Positions 21,255 to 32,245 are shown, counted from the stretch's first letter. The stretch is DNA of 64,000 nt from an uncultured archaeon (GCA_964447495.1 CAYUTF010000002.1:1-64000); one strand, 5' to 3'. Notes: generated by a model from the letters alone, not told the origin. Numbers and translations are program-made.

Positions 21255-22169
21255 TTATTCCTTTTTTTTATTTTTTTTGTTTCTTTTCTTTAGAACAGTG
21301 ATTAAAATTGCTCCAAAGATTAAGCTCATACCTATCCAATTAAATAGAGTTAATATTTCATTCCCTAAAAGAAAACCAAAAAATGCTGCGAAAACAGGTT
21401 CAAGGGTGAATATTATTGCTGTAACGGAAGGATCTTGGTATTTTTGTCCCCAATTTTGAAATAAAAAGGTTAGGGAAGTTGTTCCAAAACCCATATAAAG
21501 CATAATTAGCCAGAAATTTAAATCAGTAGAAAGCAAATTATAATTTTCTAAAAAAAGAAAGGATGAACCAAAACATAATATTGCTAATGTGATTAACTGA
21601 ATCAATGAGTAAAGATATATATTTACAAGACTTACGAAATCATCATTAAAAATGATAAAGAGTGCACAGAATAGAGCACATCCTAATACCAGTAGATCTC
21701 CAAGAATAACCCCACTCTCGTTTTCAAGTAGTAAAAAAGCCATTCCGATTAGGGATAAAACAACTGCAAACCAAATTCTATAACTGACTTTCTTCTTACG
21801 TATAATCCACGTCAAGAAAGGCACCATTATCGTACTAAGACCTGTTATGAATCCTGCTTTTCCTGCTGTTGTTGTTTGAATCCCAAATGTTTGAAAAACA
21901 ATAGAAAAGAAATATAATGTTCCTGTAAAAACTCCACCGATAATTAATTTTTTATTAATAGTTTTGAGTTGATAGAGAAATGGTAGAAATACCAAAAATG
22001 CTATGAAATAACGTAACCCTAGATAGAGAAAAATTGGGATTGATTTCGTGAGATTTTTGGTTATTATAAAAGTAGTTCCCCATAAAACTGTCGTTAAAAC
22101 TAATAGTATGATAGAAATTATTTTCTGCCATTTGGTAATAATATTTTGATTATTTACTTCCAATATCAA
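21255..22169 (-). CDS. EamA/DMT family transporter
   Basis: About 10 TM helices; LWGTTF, AGKAGFITG, IFTLEPVFA. Confidence 0.9.
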   Translation of the reverse strand: MILEVNNQNIITKWQKIISIILLVLTTVLWGTTFIITKNLTKSIPIFLYLGLRYFIAFLVFLPFLYQLKTINKKLIIGGVFTGTLYFFSIVFQTFGIQTTTAGKAGFITGLSTIMVPFLTWIIRKKKVSYRIWFAVVLSLIGMAFLLLENESGVILGDLLVLGCALFCALFIIFNDDFVSLVNIYLYSLIQLITLAILCFGSSFLFLENYNLLSTDLNFWLIMLYMGFGTTSLTFLFQNWGQKYQDPSVTAIIFTLEPVFAAFFGFLLGNEILTLFNWIGMSLIFGAILITVLKKRNKKNKKKE

Positions 22170-22518
22170 CTACTTCTTTATATTCTCTTAAATAGGTATA
22201 ATATGTTTTAAATTAATATATTTCCTATTTTTAAGAATGAAAAACTCAAGAAAATAAGAATTTTAAACTGCTAATCGCCTTATTGGTTTTTGGATTGGAA
22301 TAATTTTATTTGTCATGATTTTAAATTTATTATGGCTTTTTAATTTAATATTAAGAATAATAGATAGGTATTCTAAATTAACCTAAAATATGCTTTTTAC
22401 TCATAATTTATAATTTATATGCATATTTTTTTGCGTTAATATTTTTAAGGAACATTTTTTAGTATTAATAACATAATCATTTACATGATATTTAATTGAT
22501 TTAAAGGATAGAACTGAT

Positions 22519-23991
22519 ATGACAAAAACATATGATGAGATTAACTGCAAAATAAAAAATGGGAATTGTGTTGTAGTTAATGCGGAAGAAATGATAAAGA
22601 TTGTAGAAGATATGGGAATTACTGCGGCAGCAGAAGAAATTGATATAGTCACAACAGGTACATTTGGGCCAATGTGTTCTAGTGGTGCCTTTTTGAATTT
22701 TGGACATTCTGATCCGCCCATTAAATTTGAACACCTTTGGTTAAATGATGTTCATGCTTACCACGGTAATGCAGCAGTAGATTGCTATATTGGAGTTACA
22801 CGAATGGCAGATAAGCGGCCTTTTGAATACGGAGGGGGAAATGTTATTGAAGAATTTGTCTCAGGAAAACCAATTCGTTTGAGAGGGACTTCAAATACAA
22901 CGGATTGTTATCCTTTAGGTGAGATTGATACCTATATAACGTTAGACGACTTAAATCAAGCGATACTATGTAATCCTAGAAATGCCTCTCAGCGATATAT
23001 ATGTGCAACAAATAGTACGGATAAAACTATCTATACTTATATGGGAAAGTTGCTGCCAAACTATGGAAATGCTCATTTCTCTGGTTCTGGCTCATTGAAT
23101 CCGTTATGTAACGATCCTGATTATGAGACTATTGGAATGGGAACTAGGATATTTCTTGGGGGAGGAATAGGGTATGTTATAGGTGAAGGGACTCAACATA
23201 ATCCTTCACAGCGATTTGGTTCACTTTTTGTAAAAGGCGATCTAAAACAGATGAGTTCAGAATATTTAAAAGGAGTAAATTATGAACAATATGGTACGTC
23301 TATGTTTGTAGGACTAGGTATTCCCATTCCTATTTTAAATGAAAATTTAGCAGCAAAAACCGCTATTAAAGATGAGAATATAATGACAGAAGTCGTAGAC
23401 TATGGAATACCGAGAAGAGAACGCCCTATATTGAGAAAGACGAACTATAAAGAATTAAAAAGTGGTATTATTAGTTTGAATGGAAAAAAGATTAAATGCT
23501 CTTCTCTCTCATCGTTATTTCACGCTCGGAAAATCGCAAATGAACTTAAAAAATGGATAGAAGAGGGAATTTTCTTTTTAAATCCGCCAGCAGAACAAAT
23601 AACAAAGAATACGACTTTTAAACCAATGAAGCAATCATCACAGTTAAAATTTGTTAAAGAGTTAAAAAAGGAAGCGGTAATTTGTTATGATGATTGCGAT
23701 ATCAAGGTTGTCGCTCAGAAAATAATAAAAAAGAATTGCAATCATATTATCATAACAGATCATCAGAATAATTTGGAAGGTATAGTTACAAGTTTTGATA
23801 TTACAAAAGCAATTGCAGAAGAAAAAACGGAATTAAAAGAAATTATTACCAAGAAAGTAATTACTACTAGCGATAATGAGCCAATTGAGATTGCAGCAAG
23901 AAAAATGAAATCTAATGATATTTCCGCTTTACCTGTAATAAGTGATACAAATAAAGTAATAGGTATTATTACTGCTGAGGAGTTGATGTGA
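22519..23991 (+). CDS. Homocysteine biosynthesis protein (L-aspartate semialdehyde sulfurtransferase, DUF39 plus CBS pair; MA1821/MJ0100 type)
   Basis: DIVTTGTFGPMCSSGAFLNFGHSDPPI, YGGG, NPRNA, GTRIFLGG; C-terminal CBS domains. Confidence 0.92.
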   Translation: MTKTYDEINCKIKNGNCVVVNAEEMIKIVEDMGITAAAEEIDIVTTGTFGPMCSSGAFLNFGHSDPPIKFEHLWLNDVHAYHGNAAVDCYIGVTRMADKRPFEYGGGNVIEEFVSGKPIRLRGTSNTTDCYPLGEIDTYITLDDLNQAILCNPRNASQRYICATNSTDKTIYTYMGKLLPNYGNAHFSGSGSLNPLCNDPDYETIGMGTRIFLGGGIGYVIGEGTQHNPSQRFGSLFVKGDLKQMSSEYLKGVNYEQYGTSMFVGLGIPIPILNENLAAKTAIKDENIMTEVVDYGIPRRERPILRKTNYKELKSGIISLNGKKIKCSSLSSLFHARKIANELKKWIEEGIFFLNPPAEQITKNTTFKPMKQSSQLKFVKELKKEAVICYDDCDIKVVAQKIIKKNCNHIIITDHQNNLEGIVTSFDITKAIAEEKTELKEIITKKVITTSDNEPIEIAARKMKSNDISALPVISDTNKVIGIITAEELM

Positions 23992-23992
23992 T

Positions 23993-24388
23993 ATAACGAT
24001 AATCAATTGTAAGCTTCCATTTGGGGTCATTAAAAATATCGAGGATTATTCCATCATTATAAATGAGATATTAAAGTATGATATCACGTTCAATATTTTA
24101 AAGTTCTCAACAGGAACGAGTGGTGTTAATCTATTATTAGATGTTCCAGAAGAAAAAGTAAGTTTAATCACTCAAGCTCTCAGGAATAATGATGTTATAG
24201 TCAATAAGAAGGGAAGAATTATAATAGATGATGACAAATGCATAGATTGTGGTGCTTGTATCTCAATTTGTCCAACTAATGCATTACATCTTAATAAGGA
24301 TGATCGTTTAGAATTCTCCTACGAAAAGTGTATTGGGTGCCTTCTTTGCTTAGATTCATGTCCAAGAAGAGCTATTGAAGAAATGTAA
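23993..24388 (+). CDS. NIL-like domain plus 2x[4Fe-4S] ferredoxin (MA1822-type partner), probable ATA start
   Basis: 132-codon open frame directly after the DUF39 stop, with CIDCGACISICP and CIGCLLCLDSCP; no in-frame ATG/GTG/TTG start after the upstream TGA. Confidence 0.85.
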   Translation: MTIINCKLPFGVIKNIEDYSIIINEILKYDITFNILKFSTGTSGVNLLLDVPEEKVSLITQALRNNDVIVNKKGRIIIDDDKCIDCGACISICPTNALHLNKDDRLEFSYEKCIGCLLCLDSCPRRAIEEM

Positions 24389-24394
24389 TTGTTT

Positions 24395-25408
24395 CTAATC
24401 ATTCGTAATTATTTCAAAGATTTCTTTTAAACGAGGAGTAGTTCGTTGTAAGGACATGCATCTTTCTTGTTCACAACCCCTCAAAATAGCGATTAGTTCA
24501 TTCAAATGGATAGTGGGGATATCTAATTTTTCCCCAAACCATTTCTTCATCTTTTCTCTATACTCTGGCTTGCTTAGTGTGTATAAGCATGTTGGACAGG
24601 GAGTTACAAGGAAATCAGCACCAACATTTTCAGCACTTTTTAATTTATTAAATGTTATCTTAAGTGCTGATTTTTCAAATAACACCAATTGACTTGCGCC
24701 CCAACCACAGCAACTGTCTTTTTCTTGATAATCTATGGGGTTTCCACCAAAAAGGGTAATTAAGTCTTCTAATTTCGTTTTAGGTCTCAAATAGTCTTCA
24801 ATTGAATCTTTATCTCGCGATAAATTTAAATAATGACATCCATAATGCACTGCCACCTTCAGATTTTTTAGATCATATTTAAGAGAATTAACTAAGCTGT
24901 TTCTGATTAAATAAAAAAAATCTAAATCATGTATTAGCTTCAAATTCAAGTCTTCCAAAATTTCATATTTTCCAGGGTAATTATCTCTCTTCCCTTTATT
25001 TTTTAGTTGGTTTAAAATCTTTTCCGTTTTATTTTTAACTTCTGGACTATTCAAAAACTCTCTTCCACGGAGTAAAGAATTATAACATCCATTACAGGAA
25101 AATAAAAGAATATCTGCTACTCTGTTTATTTCATTTAGATTTCTTTCATTGATTGCGGCAAATTGAGCCCTAGTAATTAGATTTCGCTGAAAAAACGTTC
25201 CACTACAACATGATTGATTAGGACATGTAATCACATCAAGTTCAAGATCTTTTAAAAAATCTTCTATCCCGTATCTAACTCCGGGGAAATATTTTTCCAA
25301 ACATGCTTTAAACAAGCACAATTTTTTATTCTTAAAGAAATTTATGGGGCTTTCAGGATAGCTTTCCTCAATTTCCTTTAAATTTAAAGCAAGATTTGTG
25401 GTATTCAT
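24395..25408 (-). CDS. hdrB: Heterodisulfide reductase subunit B-like (CCG domains)
   Basis: SCCSG...SCNGC and VHYGCH...CCGWG...TPCPTC. Confidence 0.85.
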   Translation of the reverse strand: MNTTNLALNLKEIEESYPESPINFFKNKKLCLFKACLEKYFPGVRYGIEDFLKDLELDVITCPNQSCCSGTFFQRNLITRAQFAAINERNLNEINRVADILLFSCNGCYNSLLRGREFLNSPEVKNKTEKILNQLKNKGKRDNYPGKYEILEDLNLKLIHDLDFFYLIRNSLVNSLKYDLKNLKVAVHYGCHYLNLSRDKDSIEDYLRPKTKLEDLITLFGGNPIDYQEKDSCCGWGASQLVLFEKSALKITFNKLKSAENVGADFLVTPCPTCLYTLSKPEYREKMKKWFGEKLDIPTIHLNELIAILRGCEQERCMSLQRTTPRLKEIFEIITND

Positions 25409-25428
25409 TCAAATTCTAAGCCATACTT

Positions 25429-25944
25429 TTATTTCTTTTTTGATTTCTTGTGGTCTTTACTAGCTTTAAACACATACTTTACACGAGCAAAGTTACAAAT
25501 TTCATTTAATTCGTTAACACGTTCTTGTGGCAATTTATCACCTAATGGTTCATCTAACACTACTCCGGATTTTAAAAACCGTTCAGACATTTCCACATAT
25601 TTTCGAAGATCGTTATATTTTGGACCATAGCCTTTTTTAAAAGATTCATTTCTCAAATTTATTATTAATAATGGAATATTTATATTGTCTTTGGGACAAA
25701 CTCTCTTACATCTTTCGCATAAATAGCAATACCAAATATCCGAATCATTCAAAACACTTTTATCTCCTCGGAGTATCTTGGAGATAACCTTTCTTACATT
25801 GAAATTAGATACTTTTGAGGCAGGACAATCGCCAACACACTTTCCGCAACTAATGCATTGTATGATATTCTTATTTTCGTCTACATCTTCAATAAGTTCT
25901 TCATAAAAGTGCCAATTCTCGTCTGAATTAGAATAATCGTCCAT
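25429..25944 (-). CDS. hdrC: Heterodisulfide reductase subunit C-like
   Basis: CISCGKCVGDCP and IWYCYLCERCKRVCP; directly upstream of hdrB. Confidence 0.85.
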   Translation of the reverse strand: MDDYSNSDENWHFYEELIEDVDENKNIIQCISCGKCVGDCPASKVSNFNVRKVISKILRGDKSVLNDSDIWYCYLCERCKRVCPKDNINIPLLIINLRNESFKKGYGPKYNDLRKYVEMSERFLKSGVVLDEPLGDKLPQERVNELNEICNFARVKYVFKASKDHKKSKKK

Positions 25945-26229
25945 ATAAAATCCAAATCGTCTTTGTACATTGAAAAACTTTTTCCTATGATAAGAACATA
26001 ATTCATTGTAAAAAAATTATATTATTTAATTTCATAATCTTACATATAAATCAAGGTATCCTATTTAATTAATAAACAGAAGAATAATCTTAAAGGAAAA
26101 TAAAAATATTTATTACTTAATAAAATTATTATTGTATTACACGAATAAAGATAAAACACAGATTATATTTTTGTTATATTAAAGGGTTGAGAGGTAAGTA
26201 AACTAAAGCAATGAATAGGTGGTTTTTAG

Positions 26230-26922
26230 ATGGTACTTTATAAAGATGGGAAAGTATATTTAAAGATTGTATATTGGGGTATGGCGGGTTCAGGGAAAAC
26301 TACAATTCTAAAGACTTTATATACTCTCACGAAGGAAAATAAAAAAGAAATTGTTCCAATAGGCAATTTGCAAATAATTCAAAAGGAAAGTGGCGCGACC
26401 TTATATTTTGATCGTGGTTTATTCCAATCTACTAAACAAAGGCAAGTCTATTATAGAGTATTTACTGTTGCGGGGCAAACTAGCTTCTCCCCTCTCAGAA
26501 TCAAGATTTTTAATAGAGATGATGATAAAACTGATGCGGTGATATTTGTTACAGATTCACAAACAAAGTATCTTGAAGATAATAACGAATCGCTTTTAGA
26601 ATTAAAAAGCATCGCTGGTGAACGACTAATTAATGAGATTCCTTTAATAGTTATGCTCAATAAACAAGATTTAAAAAATATAATTAATTCAGATAATTTC
26701 ATTCAAATTCTAAAGAATGAAAAATTGTGGTATAATACTAAAAATAAGCTTCACATCTGGAACCCGCTAATATATAATACATGCGCCCTATATGATCAAG
26801 AAAAAGACATATATAGAAGTTTTCATGAGTGTTGCCGAAGAACTGCTTTATACCAAATTTATGGTGATGGAAAAGCGCCTCTTGAAGGTGATTTTTCAGA
26901 TCCTTCCTTATTGATATCGTAA
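26230..26922 (+). CDS. MglA-like small GTPase
   Basis: KIVYWGMAGSGKTT, TLYFD, TVAGQ (MglA-type G3), NKQD. Confidence 0.85.
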   Translation: MVLYKDGKVYLKIVYWGMAGSGKTTILKTLYTLTKENKKEIVPIGNLQIIQKESGATLYFDRGLFQSTKQRQVYYRVFTVAGQTSFSPLRIKIFNRDDDKTDAVIFVTDSQTKYLEDNNESLLELKSIAGERLINEIPLIVMLNKQDLKNIINSDNFIQILKNEKLWYNTKNKLHIWNPLIYNTCALYDQEKDIYRSFHECCRRTALYQIYGDGKAPLEGDFSDPSLLIS

Positions 26923-26979
26923 TAATCATTTTTAATCGATCTACACTACTATTTTTATATTTAAATAAAATAAAAAAAA

Positions 26980-27744
26980 TTATTCTCTTATAAAAAGAGA
27001 ATGCATCCATTTAGGGAGAATAAAACCGCCATAAAAAGAGAAAGCGGAAATTATAAGGAGTACTCTAGTTACTACAACCATTATTGCGAGAATAGGGTCT
27101 GTAGGATCTTCAAAAATGGCTCCAAGTAAAGAATCCAATATCGCAGCTATGGTAAATATTATAAACGCAGCACGAAGCAATTTCCCTTTAAGTCTAATGT
27201 CTTTGTCTTCCGATTTAACTGATTTCTGAGCAAAAATTATGCCTGTTATTAGCATTATTACTATTACTAATAATAAATATACCGTGATAAATATATCAAA
27301 ATTCACGGTGAATGGTCTTAAAGGATTAATCGTACCAATTAAATCAATATCTGTAAAGAGGAGGTAAAAAAATATAATTTCAAAAGCAATTGAGAAAATA
27401 ATGGTTAAGAGGATAATGATTTTTTGTCTTTTTTTGCTTATCATATTAGTAAAAGCAGTTAACCAGCTTAGTAAAGCTATGGGGATGAAAACATTTCCTA
27501 TGATGAAATATAATTCTACCTGTAAAGATTGTTGTACTACTAAATTCATGATGAAACTAATTGAATCTGGAAACCATGGATTTGCAACTCCAATCCAAGA
27601 AATACCTACAAGTATGTAGAGATTTGATTTATATTTGCTATATTTTGAGAGAATTGTAAAACCTAATATCAATGAAATTACTACGAATATTAGACTAAAT
27701 AGACCTTGTAGAAAGTCAACAACTTCTAATACCAAAAATCTCAC
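26980..27744 (-). CDS. Seven-transmembrane protein of unknown function
   Basis: Seven hydrophobic stretches by inspection; no soluble domain. Confidence 0.75.
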   Translation of the reverse strand: MRFLVLEVVDFLQGLFSLIFVVISLILGFTILSKYSKYKSNLYILVGISWIGVANPWFPDSISFIMNLVVQQSLQVELYFIIGNVFIPIALLSWLTAFTNMISKKRQKIIILLTIIFSIAFEIIFFYLLFTDIDLIGTINPLRPFTVNFDIFITVYLLLVIVIMLITGIIFAQKSVKSEDKDIRLKGKLLRAAFIIFTIAAILDSLLGAIFEDPTDPILAIMVVVTRVLLIISAFSFYGGFILPKWMHSLFIRE

Positions 27745-27831
27745 CTTTATATTTTGATGTATAATTACTGACTTTAATTAAGTTTTAGTTTTATTTATAG
27801 TTAAGCTATTTTTAGGTTTAAAAGAGTATCT

Positions 27832-28914
27832 TTAAATTATGGTGTAATTCAAGTATGTTGGAGTAGTTTCTAATATATTTAATAAGGATTCTAAATGGGT
27901 GAGATATTGATTAAGAGAAATCTCCTGTTTCTCATATCTATTACTAAGTTTTTTAATTATATAATAGGGAGTAAATTTTAAAAATCGAATATCAGAAAAA
28001 AGATAGACCATTCCTTTCGCTTCAAAGATTACTTTTGAGTCTAATAATTCAGAAAAGAGTTCTTCTTTATTATTTAATATAATTAAGCAGTCATCAACCG
28101 AAAAATCCGTTTTTCGCAATGCTTTAATAAGATTATATACCTCTTTATCAAGCAAAAAATTGAAAAGTATCTTGCTTTCAATTTCTTTCCCACAATCATA
28201 ATTAGCAAAGAATTTAACAAATTCCTTTTTATATTTTTTAAGTACTTTTTCCTCAACAGTATTTTTCGGAAGCGAATTAGGAGGTACTCGTGCGAATGAA
28301 AGATCCTTTATTAAAAGATAGCATTCTTTACTTCCAGCTACTAGCTTTTTCATTATTAAATTTTCACGAAGAAATGAAATTAATAATAAATCAATATTTA
28401 CAGTTGAAAATCCATATTCTTCTCTTAATTTATAAGTCAGCTCCATTTTAGAAATTATACCTTCACGAAGGATTTCTAATATTGTAAATTTAATTTTATC
28501 TTGAAAAAAGTTAATAAGATTTTCACTTTCTAATTGATTAAAGTTTTTAATCGTAATAAATGCTTCAGAGATCGCCCTATTTATCTTATTCGTATTCATT
28601 AATTCTAATAGGTTTTTATTAATAGTTGCTAAGATATCAGGAGTGATTATATCAGCATCAGTTTTTTGTATCTTATAGATTAATACTAAAAAGTAAATTT
28701 CATTTTCAAATTCTTGAATAAGGGAAATATATTTCATATTTTCATCTCCTGGAAAAGAATCTAACTCAATCATGGACTTATCCTTATTTAGTTCATGTTG
28801 AGCCCAAATTTTAAGAAATAATTCCTTTGAAGGATATGAACTCTGCGGTGGATACTGTATTATTGGCTCAGGGCCAGTACTTTTGTTCCAATGGATGATT
28901 ATTAGTCTTTCCAT
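27832..28914 (-). CDS. Longin/uDENN-like N-terminal domain protein
   Basis: N-terminal IIHWNKSTGPEPIIQYP resembles the hxxFxxxxGPxxxxxYP signature of uDENN/NPR2/folliculin longin domains; fold assignment is inferred. Confidence 0.6.
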   Translation of the reverse strand: MERLIIIHWNKSTGPEPIIQYPPQSSYPSKELFLKIWAQHELNKDKSMIELDSFPGDENMKYISLIQEFENEIYFLVLIYKIQKTDADIITPDILATINKNLLELMNTNKINRAISEAFITIKNFNQLESENLINFFQDKIKFTILEILREGIISKMELTYKLREEYGFSTVNIDLLLISFLRENLIMKKLVAGSKECYLLIKDLSFARVPPNSLPKNTVEEKVLKKYKKEFVKFFANYDCGKEIESKILFNFLLDKEVYNLIKALRKTDFSVDDCLIILNNKEELFSELLDSKVIFEAKGMVYLFSDIRFLKFTPYYIIKKLSNRYEKQEISLNQYLTHLESLLNILETTPTYLNYTII

Positions 28915-29063
28915 TTTTACTTCAGCACTATTATTGATTAATCTACTGTTAATTTTAGTACAATATAAAAAAAGTAGATTGGATAATTAATTATATTGAT
29001 TTTTATAAATTAAATGGAATTTGATTAATTTGAATCTAAATAAAAGTTGAAATCAGAAGTTAA

Positions 29064-29327
29064 TTATCTATTGAATAATTCAAAGTACTCTGATTTTATT
29101 TTTTTTATTGTCCAAGAAACTAGCTCAAGAGCCCTACTATTATCGGAAATGAAACTAACATTGGAGATTTTTTCTAACAGTTGATTTGCTAGTTTAATAT
29201 CGCCATCGGTGTAATTATTTCTTTTTAATTTAAATAAATAATTAAATTCATTCGCTAACCATTCTAGTTCATCTAAAATAAAATCGTCTAATAAATCTTC
29301 AAAATCCAAATCTCCGCAATATTCCAA
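29064..29327 (-). CDS. Hypothetical protein
   Basis: 87-aa ORF with AGGGGG upstream; no recognised motif. Confidence 0.6.
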   Translation of the reverse strand: MEYCGDLDFEDLLDDFILDELEWLANEFNYLFKLKRNNYTDGDIKLANQLLEKISNVSFISDNSRALELVSWTIKKIKSEYFELFNR

Positions 29328-29458
29328 TAGAAAAACCCCTTATTGACGTTTAATATAATCTTTAATAATTATACTAATAATGAGTTTCGTCTATAAAAAA
29401 TTACGTATAACAAAAAAATAATTATATGATATATTGTAAAATATCTATCTCCCAAATT

Positions 29459-29632
29459 TTATGAATCTGATTCTGCAAAATGTACTCTAGTAATGATCTT
29501 CGATAATTCCCATATTGATTGAATATTTCTTGAATTGAGAGCTTTGTTTAATTCTTGGTATAATTGAGATAAATTTAATTTTTCATAACGGATAATATCT
29601 GATTTTTTATAAAATTCACTATATTCACTCAT
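29459..29632 (-). CDS. Small hypothetical protein (57 aa)
   Basis: Manual translation MSEYSEFYKKSDIIRYEKLNLSQLYQELNKALNSRNIQSIWELSKIITRVHFAESDS; fills a gap between co-oriented genes. Confidence 0.5.
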   Translation of the reverse strand: MSEYSEFYKKSDIIRYEKLNLSQLYQELNKALNSRNIQSIWELSKIITRVHFAESDS

Positions 29633-29689
29633 AAACCAAAATTAATCATGAAAAATTATAAAATCAAATATTATCACAATGTTATGATT

Positions 29690-30544
29690 TTACTTTTTCT
29701 TTTTTTCATATATTTTACCTAAAGCATAATAAACTACAAACATCAACACCAAGACTGCCAGTATGATGAGAAGGATTCCATTAAAGCTTGAAGATAGACT
29801 ATCGATGACCTCAAAAGGTAGTTCATCAAGATGAATTGGAGGGGTGACCCCATAAGATACAATTAAAGAAGATCCTAACCATGAATAGAAAAAGGCACGT
29901 GGAATTGAGCCAATAAAAGACCCAATACTGTATTTTTTAAAATCCATATCTACTAATCCTGATGCATAAGAAATCGGATCAAAAGCGATGAAAGGAAAAA
30001 ATCTAGCAATTATAATCGCACTCATTCCATATTTATGTATAAAATGATCTGCCATACTAATAGCACTCTTTCCTACTAACTTCTCAACTATTGGACGACC
30101 TCCTTTTTTACTAATATAGAAGCATAATAGAGCAGCCGCCATTGAGCCGATTATACCAAATATACCCCCTCCAAATAATCCCCAGATCATCCCTGTTGCT
30201 AATAGAACTATTTCAGAGGGTATTGGAACGAGCAACCCTTGTAGTGCCATAATTACGATGAAGAGAAGAATACCTATATATCCTAATTCATAAATAGGAT
30301 TCACAAACCATTCAATTACCAAGGTATATAAAAAGGTATTATCAACAAAATAATTATAATATAACAGAAAAACGGAAAAGACGATAAGTGCTATGAAAAT
30401 GAAAATATAAATAATGGTTTTTGTTTTAAATTGGGAAAAATCAAAGAGATTTTTAATATATTTCTTCAGTTTAAATGAAAAGGTTTGTTTCTCTTGACTT
30501 ATAGAGTTATCTTCTTCCATTAAAATCACTTTATTATTAAGCAA
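29690..30544 (-). CDS. TVP38/DedA (VTT domain) membrane protein
   Basis: LVPIPSEIV, ARFFPFIAFDPISYASG. Confidence 0.9.
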   Translation of the reverse strand: MLNNKVILMEEDNSISQEKQTFSFKLKKYIKNLFDFSQFKTKTIIYIFIFIALIVFSVFLLYYNYFVDNTFLYTLVIEWFVNPIYELGYIGILLFIVIMALQGLLVPIPSEIVLLATGMIWGLFGGGIFGIIGSMAAALLCFYISKKGGRPIVEKLVGKSAISMADHFIHKYGMSAIIIARFFPFIAFDPISYASGLVDMDFKKYSIGSFIGSIPRAFFYSWLGSSLIVSYGVTPPIHLDELPFEVIDSLSSSFNGILLIILAVLVLMFVVYYALGKIYEKKKK

Positions 30545-30611
30545 TACGTAATTTATTTAATTTAAATTTCTTTAAAAACTATATTTTTTGCAGTTTACGA
30601 GATAAATTTCG

Positions 30612-31352
30612 GTGATTCAAATTAATACTCTTTACATTTTTGGTCATAGAGGATTCATGGGTAAATATATTGAAAATACAATGGAGGGTTTTAAAAAAGC
30701 AGTATCTATCGGTGCTGGTATTGAGTCTGATATTCAAGTAACGAGAGATAATGAATTAGTTTGTTTTCACGATTACTCCTTTAAAATTAAGGGGCAGTGG
30801 TATGATATTGCTAAACTCTCATTTGAAGAGTTAAAGGAACTTAAATTCAATGATAAGAGAATAATTCCGAAAACCTCAGAATTATTTTTAACATTCAAAA
30901 ATATCGATTCCAACCTAAGGTATAGTTTTGATATTAGAAATAAGAAGGTTGGACTAAAACTTATTGATATGATATTGGATTATGAGCTGTCAAAACAAGT
31001 TGAAATTACGGAAAGAAAATTACCTGTATTGGCTTATTTGAGGGATTATCATAAACATATAAATTTAGTACATACTCTCCAAGAAAAAATTAAAAATATT
31101 AATCATAAAAACGTGAATTTTGATCTTTTAAAAGATTTAGAGATAAACACTATAAATATTGTTTCATGGAGAGCAACTCCAGAAAATATTAATAATATTA
31201 TTGATAATGATTTTAATTGTTATGTATGGGGAGTTAATCGAAAAACAAAGATGAAAAAACTCATTAACTATAGATATAAAAATAGACATATTAAAGCAAT
31301 TTATACTGATTTTCCTAATATTTCATTGAACATATTAAAAGGAATTCGATAA
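30612..31352 (+). CDS. Glycerophosphodiester phosphodiesterase
   Basis: GHRG, ENT, IESDIQVTRD, VCFHD, TDFP. Confidence 0.9.
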   Translation: MIQINTLYIFGHRGFMGKYIENTMEGFKKAVSIGAGIESDIQVTRDNELVCFHDYSFKIKGQWYDIAKLSFEELKELKFNDKRIIPKTSELFLTFKNIDSNLRYSFDIRNKKVGLKLIDMILDYELSKQVEITERKLPVLAYLRDYHKHINLVHTLQEKIKNINHKNVNFDLLKDLEINTINIVSWRATPENINNIIDNDFNCYVWGVNRKTKMKKLINYRYKNRHIKAIYTDFPNISLNILKGIR

Positions 31353-31423
31353 AAATTAAAATTTTATTAATTGAAAACGCAATTATTTACTTAAATAAAA
31401 TAACTGACTTCAAAAGAAAAAAA

Positions 31424-32224
31424 ATGAATATCAAGAATTTTAAAAGAGTATTTTGGGGGATCATTTTCTTTTGGGTGTTATTAAGTGTTATTTTTGGGTT
31501 ATATGACTTAGACATTTCAATTTTTTTTGTTGATGAAATCTCTATATGGGGAAATTTTGGTAAGGATTATGGAGAATATCCCGGTTACCCATTTATTGCC
31601 ATAGGGTTATCCGCATATATTGGGGGATATATTAAAAACCTTAACTATCAAAAAATTCCCGCATATCTTGCTATTCTTTACGGAACAATCTTCTTAATTC
31701 TATCAATTTTCAATCAAGATATGAGGAAAATAATTGAGTACCTTATACTCATATTGCCAGTTATAATATTCATTGCAATTAATTGGAATACAGATTTAAG
31801 CAGATATAGGAAAATAAGTGGAGTCATATCGTTTTTGGCTATTGTAAACCCATTATTATTTGTACAACTTTTCAAAATATTTTGGGGGAGAGTACGATTT
31901 CAGGATTTACTACTACCGGGATATATAGATTATACTCCGTGGTTTATCCCTCAAGGAATTACGGGCAATGCAAGTTTCCCAAGTGGACATGCTGCTATGG
32001 GTTGGATGTTTCTTCCACTCATAATCGTTGTAGAAAACCGCGAATGGAAGGATCCGATTAAAATTATAACTATCATCTTAGTTATAAGCTGGGGGATATT
32101 CGTTGGACTCTCTCGAATTGTCGTGGGAGCACATTACGCATCAGATGTTCTTTTTTCCACAGGAGTAGCAACCATTACAACCCTTCTTTTATATCGAAAA
32201 TTTTATCTTAAAAGAAATGATTAA
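31424..32224 (+). CDS. PAP2 family membrane phosphatase
   Basis: KIFWGRVR, SFPSGH, SRIVVGAHYASD. Confidence 0.92.
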   Translation: MNIKNFKRVFWGIIFFWVLLSVIFGLYDLDISIFFVDEISIWGNFGKDYGEYPGYPFIAIGLSAYIGGYIKNLNYQKIPAYLAILYGTIFLILSIFNQDMRKIIEYLILILPVIIFIAINWNTDLSRYRKISGVISFLAIVNPLLFVQLFKIFWGRVRFQDLLLPGYIDYTPWFIPQGITGNASFPSGHAAMGWMFLPLIIVVENREWKDPIKIITIILVISWGIFVGLSRIVVGAHYASDVLFSTGVATITTLLLYRKFYLKRND

Positions 32225-32245
32225 AGTTACCTTGAACGATATATA

